Assembly (NCBI GenBank): GCA_047285535.1
Contig: JBJBDC010000001.1
Span: forward strand, 2,048,136 to 2,112,135
DNA: 64,000 nt
Direction of reading: 5' to 3'
Origin: Synechococcus sp.
GTDB lineage: Bacteria > Cyanobacteriota > Cyanobacteriia > PCC-6307 > Cyanobiaceae
A program made the translations under genes and the position numbers. The number at the start of each line of letters is the position of its first letter. The first letter of the stretch is position 1. A model generated the notes under the pieces. The model saw nothing but the letters and a program-made list of their open reading frames with translations. It had not been told where the DNA came from and made no database searches. Positions 54,478-64,000 of this stretch are shown in pieces.

Positions 54478-55469
54478 AGACTTCCCTGACGAAACAGATC
54501 GCCGATCAGCTGATCAATAGGGGGATCATTCACCTCCAGATCACGCACCGCAAAGCGCTCTAACAGTTCTGCCACCACAGCAGTGAGCTCCTGAGGTTTC
54601 ACACGCAGATTGACCTCCCGGTCGTGAAGACTGTCCAGCCTTCCCAAACCAGCAAAGGCTTGCGCCGGAGCGGGTTCATCAAGTTCAAGGCGCACATGCC
54701 GCTCTGGAGCAAGCCGACTAGCCAAACGATCGAGCGGTCCGTCATGAAACAAATGCCCCTGATGGATCAACAACACGCGTGGGCATAAAGCCGTGATATC
54801 TGCCATGTAATGGCTCGTTAGCAACACAGTCGCACCGGTTCGTCGGTTGTAGTCCGCTAGGAACTCCCGCACTTTGGCCTGCGCATTCACATCTAAACCC
54901 AAGGTGGGTTCGTCCAGAAACAACACCTCAGGTTGATGAAGCAAAGCCGCGAGCAACTCAGCTTTCATCCGTTGACCCAGCGACAATTTGCGCACTGGGC
55001 GAATGAGCTCTTCACCCAGCTCTAATAAATCTGACAACTCAGCAATGCGACGATTCGCGACTCGATCACTGATGCCGTAAACAGCGGCATTCACCCGTAA
55101 CGAATCCATGGGAGGCAAATCCCAAAGCAATTGCTGCTTTTGTCCCATCACCAACGTGATCCGACGCAAGAAATCTGGATGGCGTTGTTGCGGGTGATGG
55201 CCTGCGATGACCACCCGGCCTGCACTGGGGTAAATCAACCCACACAACATTTTCAAGGTGGTGGTTTTCCCGGCGCCATTGGCACCAAGAAATCCAACCA
55301 TCTCCCCAGGTGCAATGGCGAAGGAAACGTCCCGTACCGCGCACACATCGCGATAACGACGCTTCACAAAATGCTGAAGGGTGCCAGCCAGGCCAGGCTG
55401 TTTATCAGCAACCCGATAGATCTTGCTCAGCTGTTCAACCGTGATCAATGAAGGTGAAGGGTTCAGCAA
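54474..55469 (-). CDS. ABC transporter ATP-binding protein
   Basis: Walker A GANGAGKT, signature LSLGQ, Walker B LFLDEPT, SH loop. Confidence 0.95.
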   Translation of the reverse strand: MLNPSPSLITVEQLSKIYRVADKQPGLAGTLQHFVKRRYRDVCAVRDVSFAIAPGEMVGFLGANGAGKTTTLKMLCGLIYPSAGRVVIAGHHPQQRHPDFLRRITLVMGQKQQLLWDLPPMDSLRVNAAVYGISDRVANRRIAELSDLLELGEELIRPVRKLSLGQRMKAELLAALLHQPEVLFLDEPTLGLDVNAQAKVREFLADYNRRTGATVLLTSHYMADITALCPRVLLIHQGHLFHDGPLDRLASRLAPERHVRLELDEPAPAQAFAGLGRLDSLHDREVNLRVKPQELTAVVAELLERFAVRDLEVNDPPIDQLIGDLFRQGSL

Positions 55470-55854
55470 TCACACCAGACTCTGAGAGAAGAGTAGAAGC
55501 TGCAAACCTCTAGGAGCAGAATCTCAAGTTGATTCCAGTCAAGATGGAAACCGCACAAATCCACTCAAGGATTGCAAACTGTGCGACATGATGGCGAACA
55601 GAGGTTGCAGCAGAACAATCAAAGAGAACAACAACTTAAGTATCTTTGCTCTCTTGGCGATTCCCAATTGCACCGCAGGACAAACAGAATAAAACCATAG
55701 CCTTTATTCAAGTATTTAAGATAGAGCGGCCAAGATGTATCAATCACGACTCAAATAACGCAGAAAAGATTAATCTTTTCCCAAGATTGACATCAAGAGT
55801 ACTGCACAATTTAGACTCCTAACAATCAAACTACTGAAGCCCCAGTCGATCAAG

Positions 55855-56814
55855 ATGACAAGCCAACTCATCCAGGAAAATCTTCTCAGGTTTATTCACG
55901 AACAAACTGGGAGGAGTGTTATCTACGAGCAGGAGCCCACACCCTTATTAGGCGGAATCGATGCGATGACTTACAAATTTAAACTGAGAGGTATGGAGCC
56001 GATGGTCCTCCGCCTCCTTGGAAGCGACAGAAGTGCGGAGGAAGTCAAACGGTTCCGAATTCATAGCCAAGTTCTCATTGGCGCAAACATCAAAGCTCCA
56101 AAGGTGTACTGGGTCGGCGAGGACAAATCAGTATTGGGAGGGGTTTTTCTAATTATGGAATTCTTCCCCGATCCACTTTTAGCAGAACAGCCAAAGAAAT
56201 TGCAGCTCAAAATCCTTGGGGAATCCCATGCACAGATGCATAATCTCTCAACGGCACAAATCACCAACGAATTAAAAAAAGAAGGGTTAAATGAAAAGGA
56301 TTTCATGGCCCCCATATTTATACCCCTTATTCTAGACTCAGCTCAGAGAGATCATCCTTGGCTAAGCAATATATTCAATTGGCTACAAAACAACCTGCCA
56401 ATCACTTCAGCCCATGCATCAATCAATCACGGCGACTATCATCCCAAAAACATTATGTACGCTTCGGAGGATATTACCGGCATCATTGACTGGAATTTTT
56501 TTATAGGTGATCCAGCATTTGATGTCGGGCACACAATCACGCTCATCATGGACATTGTACCCAATATTAGTGATGACTATACCCATGAAATAGCCTCTCA
56601 AAACAACGAGCAGTATCGAGACGCGTATCAATCAATCAGATCAATTGATGAGAAAGCCGTTAATGCTTGCAGGGTCTCCCAATGCACGGGATATCTTCTA
56701 CATTGCCTCTCAGGGAAGGACGATATCATTGCTACATCTCCTAGAATGCGCAGTAGCCTCACACAGACAATCGAAAACATCACTAACTTGGAAATAGCAT
56801 TTCCTGACCAGTAA
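55855..56814 (+). CDS. Aminoglycoside phosphotransferase (APH)/kinase-like protein
   Basis: Brenner motif HGDYHPKNI, GIIDW, GDPAFD. Confidence 0.85.
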   Translation: MTSQLIQENLLRFIHEQTGRSVIYEQEPTPLLGGIDAMTYKFKLRGMEPMVLRLLGSDRSAEEVKRFRIHSQVLIGANIKAPKVYWVGEDKSVLGGVFLIMEFFPDPLLAEQPKKLQLKILGESHAQMHNLSTAQITNELKKEGLNEKDFMAPIFIPLILDSAQRDHPWLSNIFNWLQNNLPITSAHASINHGDYHPKNIMYASEDITGIIDWNFFIGDPAFDVGHTITLIMDIVPNISDDYTHEIASQNNEQYRDAYQSIRSIDEKAVNACRVSQCTGYLLHCLSGKDDIIATSPRMRSSLTQTIENITNLEIAFPDQ

Positions 56815-56926
56815 AAAGCAAAATCGCCATACAACAGAACTGCACACTCATGCGATAAACTGAATTTCCGTCCAAAACGATAAGCATCATCAAATTCGAC
56901 TAGCCAATGCTGCAAAAATCCCTGGC

Positions 56927-58180
56927 ATGCCAACAAGAACTGGATTAATCAACACCATCACAATCGCAACAATGATGTTGCCGATGCTACTTTCCAGTTG
57001 CTCATCAGCGAACAAGCCAGCGCATACCCTCTATATCGCCTATTCCATTCCAGACAACGAATTCACACAGTCTTCAAAAGAACGTATAGAAAAGCAAATA
57101 AGCCTTAGAACTCAGCTATTTCTCAGAACAAAACCCAATACGCGTGTGGTCACAGTTGCCTACAAAGACAGTCAATTACAGCATCAGATCAGCGAAGACA
57201 GCCAACTTAATCTTGGACCAGATTTAATACTAACTGTTGATTTCTACCTGAGGGGTCTATATCAAGACTCATTAATAAGTGCTTTTCCCAACAGTACTTT
57301 ATGGGAGCAACAATACAGCGATATCATCAAAAGCCTCTCCACCGTCGACAAAAAGCTTGCCTTCGCTCCCTATGGAATTTATCCGCAAGTGTCCTGTTAC
57401 AACAACAAGACCATAAATCAGCCACCCAAAACAATCCAAGAATTAATGAAGCTTGGTGCCAGCGGCGTTCGCATTGGATTATCAACGCGCACCCATGAGA
57501 TCTTCTGGACGGCTGGATCGACCGGTGCCATCCCAGAAATCAGCTCACTGGTGAACAAGAAAAATCAAAATAAACTACACCCAAAAATCAAAGAATGGAT
57601 CACGTGGCTACGACAAGCGGCTTACTACCAAAACATTTTCTTTTACAGCCAGCAATCTGAACTTATCAATGAATTGGCCGCCAATAATCTTGACTGGATT
57701 AGCTGCCACTCCTCCGATATCGTGAGACTAAGAGAGGAAATGGGAGAACAGCTCAGCATTGCCACCCTTCCAAATGGAGTGCAAACAAAAGCTTTTGCTT
57801 GGCCATTTGTCCTCGGTTATGGCCTAGGCACTGATTCATCCCCAACACAACGGGAGCTCGCACTGAGTTATGTGAAAGCGAATACCAATGCTGTAGGCCA
57901 AAGGCGAGTGATGCTGCGTACAGAAGCTTACCTGCCAGCGAACAAGGCTGTTGACATTCCGAATCAAAGCTCCCAAACACTCAAAGCCAACAACGATTCC
58001 TGGAACGACCAATCACTCAGCTATCTGAAACTGTGGCCCATGGTCATTCAATACCTAGAAACAGAACAGGATCACCTGGCAGTTAATAAAACATTAACCG
58101 AACTCACCAGTGGAACTATCAGCGTTGACGATGCAGTGCAGGCCTTCACCAACTTGAGAAAAAAGACAAATAATGAATAA
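56927..58180 (+). CDS. Extracellular solute-binding lipoprotein, copy 2
   Basis: Lipobox LSSC, NLGPDL, CYN...PPKTI. Paralogous to 50315..51601 (WL+...Y.QNI.FY, LDWISC). Confidence 0.8.
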   Translation: MPTRTGLINTITIATMMLPMLLSSCSSANKPAHTLYIAYSIPDNEFTQSSKERIEKQISLRTQLFLRTKPNTRVVTVAYKDSQLQHQISEDSQLNLGPDLILTVDFYLRGLYQDSLISAFPNSTLWEQQYSDIIKSLSTVDKKLAFAPYGIYPQVSCYNNKTINQPPKTIQELMKLGASGVRIGLSTRTHEIFWTAGSTGAIPEISSLVNKKNQNKLHPKIKEWITWLRQAAYYQNIFFYSQQSELINELAANNLDWISCHSSDIVRLREEMGEQLSIATLPNGVQTKAFAWPFVLGYGLGTDSSPTQRELALSYVKANTNAVGQRRVMLRTEAYLPANKAVDIPNQSSQTLKANNDSWNDQSLSYLKLWPMVIQYLETEQDHLAVNKTLTELTSGTISVDDAVQAFTNLRKKTNNE

Positions 58181-59471
58181 TCTTCTCTTCGAGGTTTCAT
58201 CCTGGACTGGATACATTGGTCGAGCAGCAGTTAGCTGGCAGTTGATCTTGATTGCCTGCGCACTAATCACTGATGTATTCATTCGCAACAGGCTAGAAGC
58301 AAAAAAAGCGTCACTCATCACATGCCAGGCCGCCGGTCCTCTTGCGCTACTTAGCATCAGCATTGTGCTTGGAATGGCCTCTATTCCCACGGGCATCGCA
58401 ATCCGGTTTGGATTGATTTGGGCAGCATGGAACCTGCTGTTGTGGATCGAACTGAAGCTGATCCAACGCAACCCGAAGGATCAAAGAGCACGCTGGCTCA
58501 GGCGCCTGGCCCGTCCTGCGATTCTTGTTTTTGCAGTGATTTACTTCGTCGACCGACTCAGCAGTCTCTCATCCATTCGTATCATGAATGTGGGCACATT
58601 ACTGGATTCCCAGCTGGCACTGGGCAAACTTTTTTACTCCTTGATCGGCCTCTATCTGATTCTGATTGCCAGCGCACCGATCGCATTCCTTATCTCATGG
58701 ATATCAAAAGAAGGCCTGAAAATCAGCAATCAAAGTCGTCATGCGATTGAAATCATCGTTCGTTATTCAATCATCAGTTTTGGCCTCCTGGCTGTGGCCC
58801 TTCAAGCTGGTTTTAACGCAACAGCATTACTCACCATTTCAGCCGGTTTGTCAGTCGGTCTTGGTTTTGGCGTCAAAGAAATCTTTGCCAATTTCATCAG
58901 CGGAATCTGGTTGTTATTTGAAGGATCGATCCGACCTGGAGAGGTTCTGATGATCAAAGGCGAGCCTTGCCGAGTCAACAAATTAAAACTTCGAGCCACA
59001 CTTCTATCCCGTGAACGGGATGACGCTGAACTGCTCATTCCCAATCAAACCTTTTTCACCCAAGATGCTGAATCATTCACAGCTGGCGAAAACTACAGAC
59101 GAGACGAAGTGGTTGTCGGTGCTGCCTATCACCATGAACCCAAGCAGGTGATGACACTTCTCGAGCAGGTCGCCTGCCAACATCCAAGGGTCCTAGAAAC
59201 TCCTGCTCCCAAGGCATTCGCAATCGATTTTGCAGAGTCGTCGATCAATTACAAACTTAAATACTCTGTCCGCAATCCCCTGGAGGCCCGCTCCGTCAGC
59301 AGTGACTTGCGTCAGGCGATCTGGACTGCGTTTAACAACCATGGGATTGGCATCCCCTTCCCACAACGCCAGGTTTATCCGATGGAGTGGCCACCCAACA
59401 GGCAATCAAGCCTGCACTCGCAGCGAAACCAACTCGATCACTCCTCCGCAAAGCAGCAGGATCTGGATTGA
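58173..59471 (+). CDS. MscS-family mechanosensitive channel, copy 2
   Basis: GLSVGLGFGVKEIFANFISG, IRPGE, LLIPNQTFF, DFAESSINY, IPFPQR. Confidence 0.92.
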   Translation: MNNLLFEVSSWTGYIGRAAVSWQLILIACALITDVFIRNRLEAKKASLITCQAAGPLALLSISIVLGMASIPTGIAIRFGLIWAAWNLLLWIELKLIQRNPKDQRARWLRRLARPAILVFAVIYFVDRLSSLSSIRIMNVGTLLDSQLALGKLFYSLIGLYLILIASAPIAFLISWISKEGLKISNQSRHAIEIIVRYSIISFGLLAVALQAGFNATALLTISAGLSVGLGFGVKEIFANFISGIWLLFEGSIRPGEVLMIKGEPCRVNKLKLRATLLSRERDDAELLIPNQTFFTQDAESFTAGENYRRDEVVVGAAYHHEPKQVMTLLEQVACQHPRVLETPAPKAFAIDFAESSINYKLKYSVRNPLEARSVSSDLRQAIWTAFNNHGIGIPFPQRQVYPMEWPPNRQSSLHSQRNQLDHSSAKQQDLD

Positions 59472-59484
59472 GTCACCCCTCTGA

Positions 59485-62229
59485 TCAAACCAGATCCGCC
59501 AGGCGTTTGCGGGCCAGATCCGCCTGGGCCTGCTTCTCCGCCAGGTTGGCCTGGCATTCCGCCACCACCTCCGGCGGGGCCTTGTCGGCGAAGTTGGGAT
59601 TGCCCAGCCTGCCAGCCAGGCCCTTGATCTCCTTCTCCGCCTTGGCGATGTCTTTCTCAAGGCGACCCTTGAGCGCATCAAGGTCCACCAGGCCTTCGAT
59701 CGGCAGCAGCACCTGCAGCTCACCGCTCACACCTGCGATCGCTTTGGCAACAGGGGAGGATTCAGCCTGCTCCGGAGTCATCACCGCCACCGAATCCGCC
59801 CGAGTCAGAGCTGTGATGTCGGCCATGCCCTGAGTAAGCACAGCCGCCAACTCGCCGCGGCCGGTAACGAAACGGACCGGCACCGATTGGGATGGTTTTA
59901 AACCCGCTACAGCTCGCAAATTACGGACCACTCGGATAGCAGCGATCAACTCAGCAAAGGAAGCTTCCAATCCGTCATCCAAAGAACCCTCTTCGATCGC
60001 GGGCCAAGGCTGAAGCGCAAGAAACGTGGTGTCGCTCTTCGCTGTCACGCTGTGCCAGAGCTCCTCGGTGAGATGAGGCATCAGCGGATGCAGCATCAGG
60101 TGCATCTGGCTGATCACCTTGGCCAGCACCTGCTTGGCCACTCGCTGATCGGCGAGGGCCTCCGCCGAGGGGTTCTCACCGGGATTGAGCCGGCGCTTGC
60201 TCAGCTCCAGATACCAGTCGCAGACGTCATTCCAGGCGAACTCGTAGAGACCCTTGGCCGCTTCACCCAGGCCATAGCTGCTGTAGCGCTCAGCCGTCTC
60301 CCTGTTCACCCGGGCCAAACGGGAGAGAATCCAGCGATCCGCCAGCTGCAATGCAGCGGGGTCGGGATCCCCCAGCTGGACCGGGGTTTCGCCGCCCAGA
60401 TTCATCAACGCGAAACGGGTAGCGTTCCAGAGCTTGTTGGCGAAGTTGCGGGACGCCTCCACCGTGGCGGAGGTGTCCTTCTTGCGGTCGTAGTCCAAGC
60501 GGATGTCCTGACCCGCACCGGCCACCTCCCGCACCAGGGCGAAGCGCAGGGCATCGGTGCCGTAACGGTCGATCAGCAGCAGCGGATCGATGCCGTTGCC
60601 GGCGCTCTTGCTCATCTTGCGGTTCTGCTCATCCCGCACCAGACCATGAATGTAGACGTCCTGGAAAGGCATCTCGCCGGTGAAGGCGCCGGCCATCATC
60701 GTCATCCGGGCCACCCAGAAAAAGATGATGTCAAAGCCCGTCACCAGCGTGCTGGTGGGGTACCAGCGCTGCAGGTCAGCGCTGCCTGCATCGGGCCAAC
60801 CAAGGGTGGAGAAGGGCCAGAGACCGCTGGAGAACCAGGTGTCGAGCACGTCTTCGTCCTGCTCGATCTCAGCCGCCGCGCCGTACTCCGCCTTGGCTTT
60901 CTCCAGGGCTTCGGCTTCGTTGCGGGCCACCACGTAGGGCGTGGTGTCGCTGTACCTGCCACTGGTTTCGCTGACCACAAACCAGGCGGGGATGCGATGG
61001 CCCCACCAGAGCTGGCGGCTGATGCACCAGTCGCGGATATCGGTGAGCCAGTCGCGGTAGACCTTCTCCCAGCGCTCCGGGATGAAAAGGGGATCCTTGT
61101 TATCAAGCGCTTCGCGGCAGCGGGCCGCCAGGGGCTCGGTTTTCACAAACCACTGGGTGGACAGCAGGGGCTCCACCGGCACTTTGCCGCGGTCGGAATA
61201 GGGAACGCTGTGGCGGTAATCCTCCACCTTCACCAGCAGCCCCAGCTCCTCCAGGCCTGCCACCACCGCCTTGCGGGCCTCAAAGCGATCCAACCCCTCG
61301 AACTGGCCGGCCTCATGGTTCATCGTGCCGTTCTTGCGCATCACCGTGATCTGGGGCAGACCGTGGCGCTGGCCGATGGCGAAATCATTGGGGTCGTGGG
61401 CCGGCGTCACCTTGACGCAGCCGGTGCCGAAATCCTTGTCCACATGGTCGTCGGCCACGATCGGAATCTCCCGCCCCACGAACGGCAGCGTGAGGGTCTG
61501 GCCCACCAGATGGGCATAGCGCTCGTCGGTGGGATTCACCGCCACCGCCGTGTCGCCCAGCATCGTTTCGGGCCGGGTGGTGGCCACCTCCAGATGACCT
61601 TCGCCGCTGCTGAGGGGATAACGGAAATGCCAGAGATGGCCGTCCACCTCCTTCATCTCCACCTCCAGATCGCTCACCGCCGAGCCCGAGGCAGGGCACC
61701 AGTTCACCAGGTATTCGCCGCGATAGATCAGCCCCTGCTCATGCAGCCGCACGAAGGCTTCCTTCACCGCCTCACTCAGGCCTTCATCCAGGGTGAAGCG
61801 CTGACGCTTCCAATCCACGGAATAACCCAAGCGCCGCAGCTGGTCCACGATGCGCCCACCGCTCTCGGCCTTCCACTGCCAGGCCCGCTCCAGAAAGGCA
61901 TCGCGGCCGAGGTCATGGCGGGTCTTGCCCTCTTCCTTGAGCTGTTTCTCCAGGATCGTCTGCACCGCGATCGAGGCGTGGTCCGTCCCCGGCAGGCAGA
62001 GCACGTTTTTTCCCGCCAGGCGCTGGTAGCGCACGATCGTGTCGATCAGGGCCGTGTTGAAGGCATGGCCCATGTGCAGGCTGCCGGTCACGTTCGGCGG
62101 CGGGATCACCACCGAGAACGGTTCACCGGGAGCCTTCGGGTCGGGATGAAAGGCCCCCTGGTCCTCCCAGACCTGCTGCCAGCGGGCCTCCGTGCCAACC
62201 GGGTCATAGGTCTTGGCCAGTTCGGGCAC
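59485..62229 (-). CDS. valS: Valine--tRNA ligase
   Basis: [39 protein letters not shown]. Likely GTG start at 62229. Confidence 0.98.
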   Translation of the reverse strand: MPELAKTYDPVGTEARWQQVWEDQGAFHPDPKAPGEPFSVVIPPPNVTGSLHMGHAFNTALIDTIVRYQRLAGKNVLCLPGTDHASIAVQTILEKQLKEEGKTRHDLGRDAFLERAWQWKAESGGRIVDQLRRLGYSVDWKRQRFTLDEGLSEAVKEAFVRLHEQGLIYRGEYLVNWCPASGSAVSDLEVEMKEVDGHLWHFRYPLSSGEGHLEVATTRPETMLGDTAVAVNPTDERYAHLVGQTLTLPFVGREIPIVADDHVDKDFGTGCVKVTPAHDPNDFAIGQRHGLPQITVMRKNGTMNHEAGQFEGLDRFEARKAVVAGLEELGLLVKVEDYRHSVPYSDRGKVPVEPLLSTQWFVKTEPLAARCREALDNKDPLFIPERWEKVYRDWLTDIRDWCISRQLWWGHRIPAWFVVSETSGRYSDTTPYVVARNEAEALEKAKAEYGAAAEIEQDEDVLDTWFSSGLWPFSTLGWPDAGSADLQRWYPTSTLVTGFDIIFFWVARMTMMAGAFTGEMPFQDVYIHGLVRDEQNRKMSKSAGNGIDPLLLIDRYGTDALRFALVREVAGAGQDIRLDYDRKKDTSATVEASRNFANKLWNATRFALMNLGGETPVQLGDPDPAALQLADRWILSRLARVNRETAERYSSYGLGEAAKGLYEFAWNDVCDWYLELSKRRLNPGENPSAEALADQRVAKQVLAKVISQMHLMLHPLMPHLTEELWHSVTAKSDTTFLALQPWPAIEEGSLDDGLEASFAELIAAIRVVRNLRAVAGLKPSQSVPVRFVTGRGELAAVLTQGMADITALTRADSVAVMTPEQAESSPVAKAIAGVSGELQVLLPIEGLVDLDALKGRLEKDIAKAEKEIKGLAGRLGNPNFADKAPPEVVAECQANLAEKQAQADLARKRLADLV

Positions 62230-62320
62230 GGGAGGAACACAGACGCAGGACATATGGTCTCAAAAGACGCCCTGGGGCCGCCCAAACGCGATGATCAAAC
62301 AGCATCAATGCCATTGATCC

Positions 62321-62602
62321 ATGGACCTGCCCTCCAACGATCTGAGCGCTGCGATCCAACAGATGCTTGAAGCCGTTGATCGGAACGATGACCTCAGAAG
62401 AGGATTGAGGATGGCGACAACAGCAGCAGCCGTGAGCGAAGTCGCAGCCCAGGCAGGGGTTCGCATCGAGCCTGCTGCGCTGGTGAAGCACTATGCACAG
62501 CGGCTATGCGATGCGGCCGATACAACCGCAGTTCACAACTTTGATCTGTGCAGTTGGGACACCGGGGAATTGCTTTGGGCGATGAAGCATTGGCAGCCAT
62601 AA
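62321..62602 (+). CDS. Nif11-like domain small protein
   Basis: AIQQMLEAV..NDDLR..L..A......V.EVA.QAG..I resembles the Nif11 leader fold. Confidence 0.6.
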   Translation: MDLPSNDLSAAIQQMLEAVDRNDDLRRGLRMATTAAAVSEVAAQAGVRIEPAALVKHYAQRLCDAADTTAVHNFDLCSWDTGELLWAMKHWQP

Positions 62603-62850
62603 AGAACACAAACCATCGCAGCAAAAACAACAACACCCTTCAATCAGCAAGCAACAATCCCCCCTCAGGCGTAGCCAAACATCCCAAAATCCTTGCAAAC
62701 CAATATCAAGGACAGCTTCTCACTCTTCCTTTCTATCGAAACACTTATCGCCCCTATCAAAAGAACAATAGCTCCTAAATATTGAGCATTAATCACCATT
62801 ATTTGCGCATTCAACCATGGACAAGAAAGTTCAGAGCCAGAGTTTTCGTG

Positions 62851-63498
62851 TCAAGCTGATGAGGCTTGATCTGCCCCCTGAGCCAGTCGATGGAGGTAAT
62901 CAGAGCGTGAGCCCGCATTGATCCAACCCGTTGCAATGGTTTTGCTGAAAATGGAATTCACGCGACCGCGATGGATGTGAGAAGGGCTAGCGGGAAAGAT
63001 CACTAATTTGCCTCTCTCTGCTGATTCGTGATGATTCTGGAAATGAAATTCAGTGCCAGCGTCTTTCACCGAATTGCAATAGAGAATCCAAGCCAACACG
63101 CGATGAACAGGCTCAGTGGCTTCATCGCTGATGGTCCAGTCACAATGCCATTGCTTGAAGCCCTCCCCAGGACCGTAACGCTGCAGGTTGAAAATCGGCA
63201 TCACAAAGAGCTCCTGATCAGGGCAAACAGAACGGAACAGGGGTCTCTCTTGCAGATAGCGGTCCAATCCCGCTGCAACACCGCGCAAGATCACCTCTGA
63301 CAATCCAAAAGCATCAGGATCAGTGCGATCAAGTGCTACCAAACTGATATCAGTAGACACCTTGGCAGGTTCATCAACACCCTCGGGGCCAAACGATACC
63401 CCTGGCCTCTGCAGGTCGGTGCGGCGATCGAAAAAAGCCATGACCCCATCGGCCACAGCTTCAAAACCAGCGTTCGTATAGCGAGCAATCAGATCCAT
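62851..63498 (-). CDS. 2OG-Fe(II) oxygenase
   Basis: NLQRY, facial triad WHCD...HIH, GTEF, GKLVIFP, KTIATGW. Confidence 0.85.
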   Translation of the reverse strand: MDLIARYTNAGFEAVADGVMAFFDRRTDLQRPGVSFGPEGVDEPAKVSTDISLVALDRTDPDAFGLSEVILRGVAAGLDRYLQERPLFRSVCPDQELFVMPIFNLQRYGPGEGFKQWHCDWTISDEATEPVHRVLAWILYCNSVKDAGTEFHFQNHHESAERGKLVIFPASPSHIHRGRVNSIFSKTIATGWINAGSRSDYLHRLAQGADQASSA

Positions 63499-63500
63499 CG

Positions 63501-63980
63501 TCAGCAGGATTCAGAACGTTTCCACGGCACCGCAATGACTCCGTCCAGAGCTTTCCATTGCGTGCGATCAGCCGTGACAAGATTCAACAAATCAACCCTC
63601 TCCAGGGCGAGAGCTAGACGTTCAGGCGCCAGGACAGCAGCATCCTGAGGGGCTTGAGACAGCAACAGGACCTGAGACTCAGCTGGGTCAGCCAGAACAA
63701 GCAGTTCAAGATCGTCCAACTCTCGTTCAAAAAAGGTTCGGCGCAACCGCGTGGTGATCTGTTCCCCCAGCGAGTTAGCGAAGTGTTCCAGGCTTTTCGT
63801 CTCTCCTGAGAGCCCGCAATTCAACGCAAGCCAGATCATCAATTTGGCCCAGCTATCAACGGTCCAAAGGGGTTGAAAACTAAGACGGTTCTGACGAATC
63901 AGCTCCAAAAGTGCAAAGTCCACAAGGGTGCCTTGCAGCTGATCAGGATCAGGAAGGCTCATACCGAACATCTGCTGCAA
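63501..63980 (-). CDS. Hypothetical protein
   Basis: Ends 2 nt before the oxygenase start. GGAGG-like RBS upstream at the window end. Start could be a downstream ATG. Confidence 0.7.
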   Translation of the reverse strand: MQQMFGMSLPDPDQLQGTLVDFALLELIRQNRLSFQPLWTVDSWAKLMIWLALNCGLSGETKSLEHFANSLGEQITTRLRRTFFERELDDLELLVLADPAESQVLLLSQAPQDAAVLAPERLALALERVDLLNLVTADRTQWKALDGVIAVPWKRSESC

Positions 63981-64000
63981 GACATCTTCCCTCCTGAAGG

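Noticed and set aside
60052..62370. 772-aa + strand ORF
   Set aside because: Antisense shadow of valS, explained by high GC at third codon positions; no recognisable motifs.

Overview
Chromosomal window from a marine picocyanobacterium, most likely Synechococcus. This is inferred from the gene content (flv3/flv1, two desC-type desaturases, ycf21/ubiC, a Nif11-like protein) and from only a handful of GCGATCGC (HIP1) sites. The backbone has moderate GC and carries alaS, a SNF2 helicase with a SWIM partner, hsp20, a TRAP transporter, flv3-flv1-rubrerythrin-FMN reductase-pirin, gcvP/gcvH, rplI-dnaB, mnmG, ligA, an ABC-2 exporter and valS. Several AT-rich accessory blocks interrupt it. (i) A beta-barrel-like surface protein, Coq4 and an RND pump lie left of alaS. 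(ii) A ~5.8 kb islet between dnaB and mnmG encodes four co-oriented secreted proteins that look like a pilin, a chaperone-pilin chimera, a PapD-like chaperone and a small beta-hairpin/SHOCT protein, with no usher. (iii) Two separate cassettes each couple an orphan solute-binding lipoprotein to an MscS channel. Blocks (ii) and (iii) are the best candidates for undescribed systems. valS also shows a high/low/high GC mosaic. I found no rRNA, tRNA, CRISPR array, integrase or transposase. Family assignments come from motif recognition by eye, not from database searches.
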